In this document: positions 11,315 through 23,877 of the stretch, one piece after another
Position numbering within the stretch: position 1 is the stretch's first letter
Layout: each line of letters starts with the position of its first letter
Assembly: GCA_030390025.1 (NCBI GenBank)
Contig: CM059431.1
Coordinates: forward strand, 95,978,001-96,042,000
Reading direction: 5' to 3'
Source of the DNA: Squalus acanthias
Lineage: Eukaryota
Length of the DNA: 64,000 nt
Made by a program: the position numbers and the translations under genes
Notes under the pieces: generated by a model
What the model saw: only the letters and a program-made list of their open reading frames with translations
Told to the model about the DNA's origin: nothing
The model's database searches: none

Positions 11315-12217
11315 ATGTGGGAAACCAGGGACACTTCCAGTGTCCCTGACAACTACGTGTGCGGGAAGTGTGTCCAGCTGCAGCTCCTGACAGCCCGCAT
11401 GGCGGTGCTGGAGCTGCGGGTGGACTCACTCTGGAGCATGCACGATGCCGAGAACTCGGTGAATCGCTCATTTAGTGAGTTGTCCACACCGCAGGTAAAG
11501 GCTAGGACAGACAGTGAATGGGTGACCAAGAAGCAGGGCAATATCAGGAAGGTAGTGCAGGAGTCCCCTGTGGTCATCTCCCTCCAAAACAGGTATGCCG
11601 CTTTGGATACTGTTGGGGGAGATGGCCTACCAGGGGAAGGCACTAGCAGCCAAGTTCATGGCACCATGGCTGGCTCTGCTGCACAGCAGGGCGGGAAAAA
11701 GAGTGGTAGGGCTATAGTGATAGGGGACTCAATTGTAAGGGGAATAGACAGGAGTTTCTGTGGCCGCAACCGAGATTCCAGGATGGTATGTTGCCTCCCT
11801 GGTGCAAGGGTCAAGGATGTCTCGGAGCGGCTGCAGAACATTCTGAAGAGGGAGGGTGAACAGCCAGCTGTCGTGGTGCATGTAGGTACCAACGATATAG
11901 GTAAAAAGCGGGAAGAGGTCCTACAAGCAGAATTTAGGGAGCTAGGAGCTAAATTAAAAAGTAGGACCTCTAAGGTAGTAATCTCTGGATTGCTACCAGG
12001 GCCACGTGCTAATCAGAATAGAGAGAACAGGATAGTGAGATTGAATACGTGGCTTGAGCAGTGGTGCAGGAGGGAGGGATTCAAATTCCTGAGGCATTGG
12101 AACCAGTTCTGGGGGAAGTGGGACCTGTACAAAAGGGACGGTCTGCACTTGGGCAGGAATGGAACCGATGTCCTCGGGGTAATATTTGCTAAAGCAGTTC
12201 GGGAGGATTTAAACTAA
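11315..12217 (+). CDS. CR1 ORF1p (zinc finger + SGNH esterase); the ancestral start was probably a mutated ATG near 11273
   Basis: Open 300-aa frame with VCGKC, IGDSIVRG, CLPGARVKD, HVGTND and RDGLHL. Confidence 0.85.
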   Translation: MWETRDTSSVPDNYVCGKCVQLQLLTARMAVLELRVDSLWSMHDAENSVNRSFSELSTPQVKARTDSEWVTKKQGNIRKVVQESPVVISLQNRYAALDTVGGDGLPGEGTSSQVHGTMAGSAAQQGGKKSGRAIVIGDSIVRGIDRSFCGRNRDSRMVCCLPGARVKDVSERLQNILKREGEQPAVVVHVGTNDIGKKREEVLQAEFRELGAKLKSRTSKVVISGLLPGPRANQNRENRIVRLNTWLEQWCRREGFKFLRHWNQFWGKWDLYKRDGLHLGRNGTDVLGVIFAKAVREDLN

Positions 12218-12264
12218 TATGGCAGGGGAATGGGAACCTATGTAGCGAAACAGGGGGAAGTAAT

Positions 12265-15200
12265 ATGCAGTCAGAAACAAATGTTAGAAGGGTGAGAAAC
12301 AATAGGGGAAGGCCGAGTAAACAAAGGCAAGAAACACAAAGGGCCATACTAAATCATCAGTCTAAAAGGACAAAGGATGTTAATAAAACAAGCCTAAAGG
12401 CTCTGTGTCTTAATGCAAGGAGTATCCGTAATAAGGTGGATGAATTGACTGTGCAAATAGATGTTAACGGATACGATGTGATTGGGATTACAGAGACGTG
12501 GCTCCAGAACAATCAAGGCTGGGAACTGAACATCCAGGGTATTCAACATTCAGAAAGGATAGAATAAAAGGAAAAGGGGGTGGGGTAGCATTGCTGGTTA
12601 AAGAGGAGATTAATGCAATAGCTAGGAAGGACATCAGCTTGGAGGATGTGGAATCAATATGGGTTGAGCTGCAGAACACCAAAGGGCAGAAAACGTTAGT
12701 GGGAGTTGTGTACAGACCTCCAAACAGCAGTAGTGAGGTGGGGGAGGGTATGAAACAGGAAATCAGAGGTGCGTGCAAAAAAGGCACGGCAGTTATCATG
12801 GGTGACTTTAATATGCATATAGATTGGGCTACTCAAACTGGAAGCAATACGGTGGAGGAGAATTTCCTGGAGTGTTTAAGGGATGGTTTCCTAAACCAAT
12901 ATGTTGAGGAACCAACTCGAGGGGAGGCCATCCTGGACTGGGTGTTGTGTAATGAGGAAGGACTAATCAGCAATCTTGTGGTACGAGGCCCCCTGGGGAA
13001 GAGTGACCATAGTATGGTGGAGTTCTACATTAGGATGGAGAAGGAAACAGTTAAGTCAGAGACCATGGTCCAGAACTTAAATAAGGGCAACTTTGAGGGT
13101 ATGAGGCGTGAATTGGCGAGGTTAAATTGGCAAGCGATATTTAAGGGGCTATCAGTGGAAGGGCAATGGCAGACATTTAGAGATCGCATGGATGAACTAC
13201 AACAATTGTACATCCCGGTCTGGCGTAAAAATAAAAAAGGGAAGGTGGCTCAACCATGGCTAACAAGGGAAATCAGGGATAGTATTAAAACCAAGGAAGT
13301 TGCATACAAATTGGCCAGAAGTAGCAGCAAACCCGGGGACTGGGAGAACTTCAAAACTCAGCAGAGGAGGACGAAGGGTTTGATTAGGGCAGGGAAAATA
13401 AAATATGAAAGGAAGCTTGCGGAGAACATTAAAATGGACTGCAAAAGCTTCTATAAATATGTAAAAAGAAAGAGGTTAGTAAAAACAAACGTAGGTCCCC
13501 TGCAGTCGGAAACAGGGGAAGTCGTAATGGGGAACAAGGAAATGGCAGATCAATTGAACAAGTACTTTGGTTCGGTGTTTACTGTGGAGGACACACACAA
13601 CCTGCCGGAAATAAAAGGGGTCAGAGGATCTGGTAAGAGGGAGGAGCTGAGGGAAATCCTTATTAGTCGGGAAAAGGTATTGGGGAAATTGATGGGACTG
13701 AAGGCTGAAAAATCCCCGGGGCCTGATGGTCTGCATCCCAGAGTACTTAAGGAGGTGGCCTTGGAAATAGTGGATGCATTGACGATCATTTTCCAACATT
13801 CCTTAGACTCTGGATCAGTTCCGATGGAGTGGAGGGTGGCCAATGTAACCCCTCTTTTTAAAAAAGGAGGGACGGAGAAAGCAGGGAATTATAGACCGGT
13901 CAGCCTGACATCGGTCGTGGGTAAAATGATGGAAGCAATTATTAAAGATGTCATAACAGACCATTTGGAAAGTGGCGACATGATAGGTCCAAGTCAGCAT
14001 GGATTTGTGAAAGGGAAATCATGCTTGACAAATCTTCTGGAATTTTTTGAGGATGTTTCCAATAGGGTGGACAGGGGGGAACCAGTAGATGTGGTGTATT
14101 TGGACTTTCAGAAGGCCTTCGACAAGGTCCCACACAAGAGATTGGTGAGCAAAGTTAAAGCACATGGGATTGGGGGTAATGTGTTGACGTGGATTGAGAA
14201 CTGGTTGGCACACAGGAAACAAAGAGTAGGAGTAAATGGGTACTTTTCAGAATGGCAGGCAGTGACCAGCGGGGTACCGCAGGGTTCGGTGCTGGGACCC
14301 CAGCTGTTTACATTATATATTAATGATTTGGACGAAGGGATTAAATGTAATATCTCCAAATTTGCGGATGACACTAAATTGGGAGGCAGTGTGAACAATG
14401 AGGAGGATGCTAGGAGGCTACAGAGTGACTTGGACAGGTTGGGTGAATGGGCAAATGTATGGCAGATGAAGTACAATGTGGATAAATGTGAGGTTATCCA
14501 CTTTGGTGGTAAAAATAGAGAGGCGGAATATTACCTGAATGGTGGCAAATTAGGGAAAGGGGAGGTGCAACGAGACCTGGGCATCATGGTACATCAGTCA
14601 CTGAAGGTGGGAATGCAAGTGCAGCAGGCAGTCAAGAAAGCAAACGGAATGATGGCCTTCATAGTAAGGGGATTTGAGTACAGGAGTAGGGAGGTGATGC
14701 TGCAGTTGTACAGGGCCTTGGTGAGGCCACACCTGGAGTATTGTGCGCAGTTTTGGTCTCCTAACTTAAGGAAGGACATTCTTGCTATTGAGAGAGTGCA
14801 GCGAAGGTTCACTAGATTGATTCCTGCGATGGCTGGACTGACATATCAAGAAAGATTGGGTCAACTGAACTTGTATCCTCTGGAGTTCAGAAGAATGAGG
14901 GGGGATCTTATAGAGACATTTAAAATCCTGACTGGTTTAGACAAATTAGATGCGGGCAGAATGTTCCCAATGGTAGGGAAAACGAGATTGAGAGGTCGCA
15001 CAACACCAGGTTATAGTCCAACAGTTTTATTTGAAATCACAAGCTTTCGGAGCTATCGATTGCTCCTTCCTCAGGTGAAGGAAAACTAGAACCAGGGGTC
15101 ACAGTCTAAGGATTAAGGGGAAGCCATTTAGGACTGAGCTGAGGAGGAATTTCTTCACCCAGAGAGTGGTGAATCTATGGAATTCTCTTCCACAGAAGGT

Positions 15201-15303
15201 TGTTGAGGCCAGTTCGCTAAATATATTCAAAAGGGAGTTAGATATAACACTCACAACTAAGGGGATCAAGGGGTATGGCGAGAAAGCAGGAATGGGGTAC
15301 TGA
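12265..15303 (+). pseudogene. CR1 ORF2 (APE endonuclease + RT); frameshift near 12535 and insertion at ~14988-15079
   Basis: LCLNARS..ITETW in ORF 12265, then [39 protein letters not shown] and FADD in ORF 12498..15089. Confidence 0.93.
14988..15079 (-). mobile_element. ~92-bp Penelope pLTR-derived insert carrying a hammerhead motif (15037-15078)
   Basis: Near-identical to 6241-6328. TSD GGAAAAC at 14977-14983 and 15080-15086. Reverse complement reads TCAC-CTGAGGA-A-GGAGC-aatcgata-GCTCC-GAAA-GCTT-GTGA. Confidence 0.88.
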
Positions 15304-18300
15304 GGTAGCATGTTCAGCCATGAACGCATTGAATGGCGGTGCAGGCTCGAAGGACCGAATGGTCTACTCCTGTACCTATTTTCTATGTTTCTATGTTTCT
15401 ATTGGGGGTATTCTACAGGCCTCCAAATAGTGAGAGGGAGGTAGAGGAGCAAATCTGCAGGGAAACCGCAGAGATATGCAAGAGCTATAGAGTGGTGATA
15501 TTGGGGGACTTTCTAATTACCCAAATATCAATTGGGATAATGCTAGGGTAAATGGAAAGGAGGGGGAGGAATTTCTGAAATATGTTCAGGAGAATTTCTT
15601 GACCAGTATGTTCTTGGCCCAACTAGGAAGGAGGCATTGCTGGATCTGGTGCTGGGGAATGAGGTGGGCCAGGTCGACCAAGTGTTTGTGGGAGAACACT
15701 TGGGTACGAGTGATCATCGTATCATAAGATTTAGATTAACAATGGAAAGGAGAAAGGAACAATCTAGAGTGGAACTTCTAAACTGGAATAGGGCTAACTT
15801 CAATGGGATGCGAAAGGATCTAGCCAGAGTAAAATGGTACCAAAGACTGACAGGAAAAACTGTAACGGAACAATGGGAGATCTTTAAGGAGATGTTCCAA
15901 GTACAGGCTAGGTACATTCCAACAAGAGGGAAGGGTAAGGGAACCAAAACAAGGGCTCCTTGGATGACGAGGGAGATAGAGAAGAAGATGAGGAAACAAA
16001 AAAAGAGGGTGTATGATGAATGTCAGGTGAATTCTTCAAGGGAGAACCAGACCAAATACAATAAGTTGAGAGGGGAAGTGAAGATGAAAATAAGATTGGC
16101 AAAGAGAGAATGAGAGTAGAATGGCAGTTAACATAAAAGGGAACCCAAAAATCTTCTACCGGCATGTAAACAGTAAGCGGGTAGTAAGAGGCGAGGTGGG
16201 GCCTATTAGGGACAAAGGTGGTGTTATATGCTTAGAGGCGCAGGGCAAGGCTAGAATACTCAAATGAGTACTTTGTATCGGTGTTTACTAAGGAGGTGGA
16301 TGCTGACAAAATATATCAGTAGAAGTGGAAAAGGTAGAAGCAATGGAAGGGGTGAAAATTAATAGACAGGATGTGCGAGAAAGGCTGGGTTTGCTTAGAG
16401 TGGACAATGGCTTGCATCCCAGGTTGCTAAGGGAGTTGGTGGAGGAGATAGCGGAAGGGCTTGCCATAATTTTCCAATCTTCCCTCGATGCGAGGGAGGT
16501 GCCTGAGGATTGGAAAGTGGCAAATGTGACCCCATTCTTCAAGATAGTGTGTAAGGACATTCCTAGTAACTATAGTTTAACATCAGTGGTGGGTAAAGTT
16601 TTAGAAACAATAATCAAGGAAAAAATTAACAGGCACTTGGAGAGGTTTAAGCTAATTAAGGAGAGCCAACACGGATTTGTAAAAGGCAGATCGTGTTTGA
16701 CTAATCTAATTGAATTTTTTGATGAAGTAACAGAGAGGATTGATGAAGGGAATGCAATGGATGTTGTCTACATGGATTTTCAGAAGGCGTTCGACAAAGT
16801 ACCTCATAGCAGGCTGGTTAACAAAATTGAGGCTCATGGACTAGGTGGGTCAGTGGCAGCTTGGATAAGGAATTGGCTTAAGGACAAAAAACAGCGAGTT
16901 GTGGTAAATGGCTGTTTTTCAGACTGGAGGATGGTAGACAGTGGTGTTCCCCAAGGGTCAGTGCTGGGGCCACTGCTTTTTTTGATAATGACCTGGCTAT
17001 TGGAATACAGAGTAGAATTTCTAAATTTTCCAATGACACCAAACTTGGGGGTGTGGCAAACAGTGATGATGATACCAATCGACTGCAACAGGAAGAGGAA
17101 AGGCTAGCAGAATGGGCAGGCAAGTGGCAGATGGAACTTAATACAGAGAAGTGTGAGGTGATGCATTTTGGCAGAAGGAACATGGAGAGGCAATATACAT
17201 TTAATGGCACAGTTTTAAAGAGTGTGCAGGGACAGAGGGACCTGGGAGTTAATGTGCATAGGTCCCTGAAGGTGGCGGGACATATTGAGAGAGTGGTTGG
17301 CAAAGCATATGGGATCTTGGGCTTCATAAATGGGGGTATTGAGTACAAAAGTAGAGAAGTTATGCTGAACCTTTATAAAGCGCTGGTTAGGCCACAACTG
17401 GAGTATTGCGTCCAGTTCTGGTCACCACACTTTAGGAAGGATGTGAAGGCACTCGAGAGGGTGCAGAGGAGATTTACCAGAATGGTTCCGAGGATGGGGG
17501 ATCTTAGCTACAAGGACAGTTTGGAGAAGCTGGATTTGTTTTCATTAGAGCAAAGGAGGTTGAGGGGTGATTTGATAGAGGTGTACAAGATTATGACGGG
17601 TTTTGATAGGCTAGATGGGGAAAGGCTGTTCCCACTAGTTGATGGTACAAGGACTAGGGCACACAGATTTAAGGTTTTGGGCGATACAGGGGGGATGTGA
17701 GGGAAAACTTTTTTACGCAGCGAGTGGTGAGGACCTGGAACTCGCTGCCGACGGAAGCGGTGACACTCAATGTTTTCAAGGGGAGACTGGATAGGCACTT
17801 GAGGGAAATAAACTTGCACGGCTACGGGGATAGAGCGGGGGAATGTAACTGACGAGATTGCTCTACAGATTGGCGGCATGGGCCGAATGGTCTCCTTCTG
17901 TGCCGTTATGACTCTATAAGCACTGCTGACACAGAACTTTGTTCATGGTGAGCACATGTTCGTATTTCGGGCACCACCATTTCATCCATTCATTTTAGTT
18001 TGAAGATGAAAATTTACCACCTTATACTTTACAAAAATACATCTTATGTTAAGGAAGGTCTTCACAGTCCATAGAATGAAATAAAAGCAATTTCACCCTT
18101 CCTCTCCTGAAGCTGATGAATTACGCTGGGGTAAAGTTCTACAAGCACTGACAGATTTCCAGCACTTCACCCAACTGTTCATTCTTATTGGTTGAGTCTA
18201 GACACCAAGTAACAGCAAGCTGTCCAGGTGTTACCGAGAGGCCATGCATATGAATATATGATCAAATATCCAACGTTTTGCTGTTTGTCTTGATTGTGTT

Positions 18301-18679
18301 GATGAGAAGCCAGTTGTTGCTGATGAAGAACCACTATCACCATCATGCCTGCACTGGTCCTCTTTTTGTCACTATCCCCATCATGCCTGCACTGGTGCTA
18401 GCTCTTCAACTGGAGCTATCTATTCTAATTTGATTTTTCCTTTCCTTTCCCCATACACAGTAGTATAGAAATGACAGTGGAGGAGGAGGCTGTTTGGCCA
18501 GCAGTGCAGATACCAGCAGTGCAAATTGAAGTGCTCTGCCCTAATCCATGTCAATTTCCCCATATCCTTTAATCTAGCTGAACCAGATTTCAACAAAAAA
18601 GTAACACATCCATTTAGGAAACAACAGAAAATGTGCATAATTCCAGTTACTCTAACTGATTTTAACCAATGCATATAGA

Positions 18680-18900
18680 AAGCGGTCTCCATGGATCCAG
18701 TATGATGGCGGGGATGGGGAACTCTAGTTATGAGGAAAGACCTGAGATACTGGGACTATTTCCACTGGGACAGAGAAGGATAAGAAGAGATTCAATAAAG
18801 GTTTTTGAAATTATCAAGGATTTTGATGGAGTGAATACAGAAAGATGCTTTCTTCTGGTTGAGGAGTCAGTGAAAAGGGGTAGTTAATTTAAAATTGTCA
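18680..18900 (+). mobile_element. Old CR1 ORF2 3' fragment
   Basis: SYEERPEILGLFPLGQRRIRRDSIKVFEI resembles the CR1 ORF2 C-terminus. Confidence 0.7.
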
Positions 18901-18904
18901 CTAA

Positions 18905-18996
18905 AGAACTTGCATTTATATAGCACCTTTCACATCCTCACAATGTCCCAAAGCGCTTCATAGACAATGAAGTACTTTAGACGTGTAGCCACTGTT
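18905..18996 (-). mobile_element. 3' fragment of Deu-type SINE
   Basis: ACTTGCATTTATATAGCACCTTTCAC is close to the reverse complement of the SINE end at ~37715-37740. Confidence 0.7.
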
Positions 18997-18999
18997 TGC

Positions 19000-21770
19000 A
19001 ACATAGGAGTAGGCCACTCAGCCCCTTGAGCACGCTCCGCCATTCAATTAGATCATGGCTGATCTGTACCTCAACTCCATTTTCCTCCCTTAGCTCTATA
19101 TCTCGATACCCATACCTAACAAAAATCTATCGATTTCAGTCTTGAATTGTCCCAGCATCCACAGCCTTTTGGGGGGAAAAATCTGATACTTCCACTACCC
19201 TTTGTGTGAAAAAGTGCTTTCTGATTTCTTTCCTAAATGGCTTAGCTCTAATTTTAAGATTATGTATTATATTTGGATTTTCAGAAGGAATTCAATAAGG
19301 TGCCACGCAAGAGGTTGTTACAGAACATTAGGGTTCATGGGATTGGGTGTAATACATTAGCATGGATTGTGGATTGGTTAATGGACAGAAAACAGAGAGT
19401 AGGAATAAACGGGTCATTTTTGGGATGGTAGAGTATAACTAGTGGAGCTCCGCAAGGATCAGTGCTTGGGCCTCAGCTATTTACAATCTATATCAATGAC
19501 TAAGATGAGGGGACCGAGTGTAATATATCCATGTTTTCTGACAATACAAAGCTAGGTAAGCTGTGGGGATGACGCAAATAGGCTGCAAAGGGATACAGAC
19601 CGGTTGAGTGATTGGGCAAGATGGCAGATGAAGTATAGAGTGAAATTATCCACTTTGGTAGGAAGAACGAAAAAGCAGAATATTTGTTAAAAGATGAGAC
19701 ACTAGTAAATGTTGGTATTCAGAGGGATTTGGGTGTCCTTGTACATGAATCACAGAAAATTAACATGCAGGTACAGCAAGCAGTTAGGAAGACAAATGGT
19801 ATGTTAGCCTTTACTGCAAGGGGGTTGGAGTAGAACAGTAAGGAAGTATTGCTGCAATTATATAGGGCTTTGGCGAGACCACACCTGGAGTACTGCATAC
19901 AGCTTTGGTCTCCTTACCTGAGGAAGGATATACTTGCCTTAGAGGAAGTGCAATGAAAGTTCACCAGATTGATTCCTGGGATGAGAGGGCTGTCCCATGA
20001 GAAGAGATTGAGTAGAATGGGCCTATATTCACTGGAGTTTAGAAGAATGAGAGATAATCTCATTTGAAACATGTAAATTCTTAGAGGGTTTGTCAAAATA
20101 GATGTTAAGAGGCTGTTTCCCCTGACTGGAGAGTCTAGAACTAGTCTCAGGATAAGGAGTCAGTTATTTCGGACTGAGATGAGGAGAAATTTCATCACTC
20201 AGAGGGTTGTGAATCTTTGGAATTCCCAACCCCAGAGGGCTGTGGATGCTAAGTCAATGAGTACATTCAAGACTGAGATCGATAGATTTTTGAGCACTAA
20301 GGGAATCAAGGGATACGGGGAGAGGACGAGAATGTGGAGTTGATGTAGAAGTTCAGCCATGATTTTACTGGATGGCGGAGCAGGCTCGAGGGGTCATATG
20401 ACCTACTCTTGCTCCTATTTCTTATGTTCTTATGTCCCCTTGTTCTTGATTGCCCCACCAGAGGAAATAGTTTCTCTGTGTGTACCGTATAGAATCATAG
20501 AATAGTACAGCTCAGAAGGAGGACATTCAGCCCATCGAGTCTGCGCTGGATCGTTCGAAGAGCAATCCAGTGTGTCCCACTCCCCCGCTCTTTCTCCATA
20601 TCTCTGCAATGTTTTCTCCTTCAAGTATTTATCCAATACCCATTTGAAGGTTACTATTGAATCTGTATCCACCACCCTATCAGGCAGTGCATTCCAAATC
20701 CTAACCACGTGTTGTGTAATTTTTTTCCCCTCACGTTGCCGCTGGTGCTTTTGCTAATTAACTTAAATCTGTGCCCTCTGGTTATCGACCCTTCAGCCAT
20801 TGGAAACAGTTTCTCTTTATTTACTTTATGATTTTAAACCCTTTATGATTTTAAACACCTCTATCAAATCTCCTCTTGGCCTTCTCTGCTCTAATCAGAA
20901 CAACCCATGTCTAGCCACGTAACTGTAATCCCTCTTCCCTGGAACATTCTAGTAAATCTCTTCTGTACCCTCTCCAAAGCCTTCACGTCCTTCCTAAAGT
21001 GTGGTGCCCAGAATTGGACACAATACTCCAGCTGGGGCCGAACTAATGTTTTATATAGGTTTAGCATAACTTCCTGGCTTTTGTACTCTATGCCTCTATT
21101 TATAAAGCATATGGGATCCTGGGCTTTATAAACTGTTTTGTTAGGCGGTCCTGTCACCTTCAAAGATTTGTGCACAAACACCCCCAGGTCTCTCTTCTTT
21201 AAAATCCTTTTAATATTTTAAACACCTCGATCTTCTATACTCATGGGAATACAAGTCAAATTTATGTAATCTGTCCTCATAATTTAATGATTTTAGCTCC
21301 AGTATCATCTGGTGAATCTACGCTGCACCCCCTGCAAGGCCAATATATCCTTCCTGAGGTGCGGTGCTCAAAACTGAACACAGTACTCTAGGTGAGGTCT
21401 GACTGAGTCCAACTGAAACATAATTTCCTCCCCTTTGTATTCCTGCTACCATTAGATATTTTGATTTATTTTTGTACCTGTCTACTAGCTTTAAATGATT
21501 TCTGTATTTGGACTCTCAATTCTCTTTGCTCCTCTACTGGTCCTAGTTTCTCACCATTTAGAAAATACTTTGAATTATATTTCTTAGGTCCAAAGTAGAT
21601 GTCCGTACACTTGCGTACATTAAACTCCATCTGCCATAATGTTGCCCACATATTTAATCTGTCTATGTCCCTTTGCAACTTCCTGCTTTCAGCTGCACTA
21701 CTTACTATCTCTCATAATTTAGTGTTATCTGCAAACTTGGATATACAACTCTCTATTCCTTCATTCAAGT
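19000..21770. mobile_element. Cluster of nested 5'-truncated CR1 3' ends: (-) 19000-19266 + 20431-20480, (+) 19267-20436, (-) 20490-21195, (-) ~21215-21770
   Basis: RT C-terminal motifs (LVRPQLEYCVQFW, WQMEFN) and CR1 3' tails on both strands; TTATGT shared at both junctions of the (+) copy. Confidence 0.8.
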
Positions 21771-22830
21771 CCTCAGGTGAATCCAATTAAGACAGGAAAA
21801 TCATCAGGAATGTGAACTGGGCACCAGATTGCCCTCCCATCATACTAGGTTCCCACACCCCTTATTCGTTACATTTACTCCCAGATATTGTTGGCTCTCA
21901 CCTGGAGAATTAAAACTTTTGACTCTAAGATGGAGTAGCAAAGACAAATTACTGCTTAAAAATGCTTCTTTGATGAGCTCCAAAGGCATAAATTATATTA
22001 GCAGCACTGAGATAATTTCAGGAATCTCCACTTTGGAATGCAGTGTCAAAGTCACTACACCTTAAAACATATTTACCCTACTGCACAGTCAAAGATTTTC
22101 ACAGGCTCAAAGGCCAGCTAAGAAAACAGTAAGGCTTTCAAGGTTAGCCAGCTTGTCACTCAACCAACTACTGGTAAATGTAAGTAGCTCCAGGAGTTCA
22201 TGCCTGGTTAGCTGTTCTATTGATTTCTTTTGTGGAGAAGCAAACTGAAGGCGGCAGCAACACAGGGATAGAGAGAGCCTACAGTCAAAGAAAATCGGCC
22301 CTTGTAGTGCATTGTAGTGACTGCTGCCTTGAGGAATATTTGTTGTAGATTCCATTTGAAAACAGCAGCAGATTCCGTCCTTCAGCACTGCAGTGCAGTT
22401 ACACTGGACTCTGATCCTTAATATCCCTATTATTGCTATAAATCACAGTGGGATCAACACAGCTTGTTGCTTTGAATCTCAAAGCTGGAGCACGATGTCG
22501 AATCTACCTGCAGCCCAGCAATGAAGGAAGATCTTACTAAATGTGCTCTGCAAGAGTGATCTGCTCAAATCAACTGCCCTCAGTAATAAGGGCAGGTTTT
22601 TTTGAAACCATATGGGCAGAAACACTAACTGGCTGATTAGGGTTTGACAAAGCCCTCATGCATACTTCAAATTCGTGGCTGTATAAAAAGTTCCCAATTG
22701 AATTTCCAACATGGGATCACGCATCTCTGAAGAAGTTAACATTGCACGAAAGGGATAATATTACAACTTTGTGCTGTCGACGAGGTAGTATCAGGAAGTT
22801 TAAATTGGAAACTCCGCCCAATAACTCGAA

Positions 22831-23170
22831 CCTGAGACCAGTACTGAGGCAGGAGAGAGCAGAGAGAGTAGAGGGGAGAGATCTGGGGGTGGGAAGCGGG
22901 GTGGGGAAGAAAGGCAAGAAGCGGGGAGCAGCACTGAGGGAGGAGAGATCCACAGAGGAGAGAGAAGAGAACCAGGAGGGAGCAAGCAGAGAACCTGGGA
23001 GCAGTACTGAGGGAGCAGAGCAGAGTGAACTGGGGCGGGGGGGGGGAAGAGGGGAGAGAACCTGAGATCAGTACTGACAGAGGAGAAAAACAGCAAGCAG
23101 CAATGAGAGAGGAGAAGGCAGAAAACCTGGAGCAGTACTGAGAGGAGAGGGGATAGGAGAGAACCAGGGA
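22831..23170 (+). repeat. Purine-rich degenerate minisatellite, left part
   Basis: Recurring GAGAACC..GGAGCAG(C/T)ACTGAG motif. Confidence 0.8.
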
Positions 23171-23171
23171 A

Positions 23172-23254
23172 TGGTAGCATAATGGTTATGCTACTGGACT
23201 AGTAACCCAGAGGCCTGGACCAATAATCCAGAGACGAGAGTTCAAATCCCACCA
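23172..23254 (+). mobile_element. Isolated tRNA-like head of LINE family B
   Basis: A box TGGTAGCATAATGG, B box GAGTTCAAATCCC; homologous to ~23880-23960. Confidence 0.7.
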
Positions 23255-23255
23255 G

Positions 23256-23870
23256 GGCATGTCTGTCTTTCATGTTCCTTTGCCTATTCTAGTGCTCCAA
23301 TGCAGTGCTACCCCACTGGCTGAAGCATGGCTGGTGGAAGGCTGCTGACTTTCTGTGGGGGAGACGGCAGATGGTCTTGCAGGATGACCTTGAGTAGCTC
23401 TGGGCCTAGAAGCCCAGCTGCAGACTGCACCACCTCGGCATGGGTGGCAGCAGTCTGGGCTGGCTGGCTGAGAGGCAGCAGGAAGAGCACTTGCAGAGTG
23501 GCAGTACGAATGCTGTCATCCTGAGAGAGGACAACAGGTTCTTGCTCCACAGAGCCAATGCCACTCCCCCGAGGTGGCACCTCAGCCTTCCTAGTCATCT
23601 GTTGGAGGACAGATTGCTGGACTGCTGCGAGACCCTGCAAGCCCCTTTCCACACTCGTAAACCCAGCCAGGATAGCAGCAGTCTGAGTTTGTGTGGCAAC
23701 AAGCTGAAACTGCATGAGAGTAGTCTGAGCTTCCACTGCAGCACTCAGAAGTTGGGTCGCTTCCGCTTGTTCTGCAATGGAAGCTGCGACATCACTCATC
23801 GCACCCAGCATCATGGTTGGGTGCACAAGTGCTCGAATGAAGTTGCCCATCACTTCCACCCTGGAAATGG
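23256..23870 (-). pseudogene. Harbinger accessory-gene 3' exon remnant
   Basis: ORF 23308..23883 aligns with ORF 56447..57085 (LSA.VEAQT..MQ.QL.ATQ.QTA.I.A.F.SVERG.QG...EVPPRGSG.GS.E..P.VLSQD.SIR), which lies next to a Harbinger transposase. Confidence 0.7.
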
Positions 23871-23877
23871 GAAAAAA

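Larger units (their letters stand above)
10261..15398 (+). mobile_element. CR1 LINE 'B', near full length
   Basis: 5' tandem repeat, ORF1 11315-12217, ORF2 ~12265-15303, 3' tail with (TTCTATGT)n. Confidence 0.93.
4820..17918 (+). mobile_element. CR1 LINE 'A' (outer), interrupted by a Penelope (6239-9915) and CR1 'B' (10261-15398)
   Basis: ORF1 at 5163-6111. ORF2 starts near 9962 (LECMYVNAQS..ETW..ELRSKK) and resumes near 15399 (LLGVFYRPPNS). RT pieces at 16325-17700; 3' UTR ends near 17918. Confidence 0.88.

Noticed and set aside
18332..18396. 27-bp direct repeat CACTATC.CCATCATGCCTGCACTGGT
   Set aside because: Only two copies with a short spacer; likely a local slippage duplication.
22107..22388. 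93-aa ORF in unique sequence
   Set aside because: No recognisable domain, non-ATG start and no supporting splice structure.
23172..23254. tRNA genes (also 2862-2935 and 37339-37410)
   Set aside because: Only A/B boxes are present, without a convincing cloverleaf; these are heads of retroelements.
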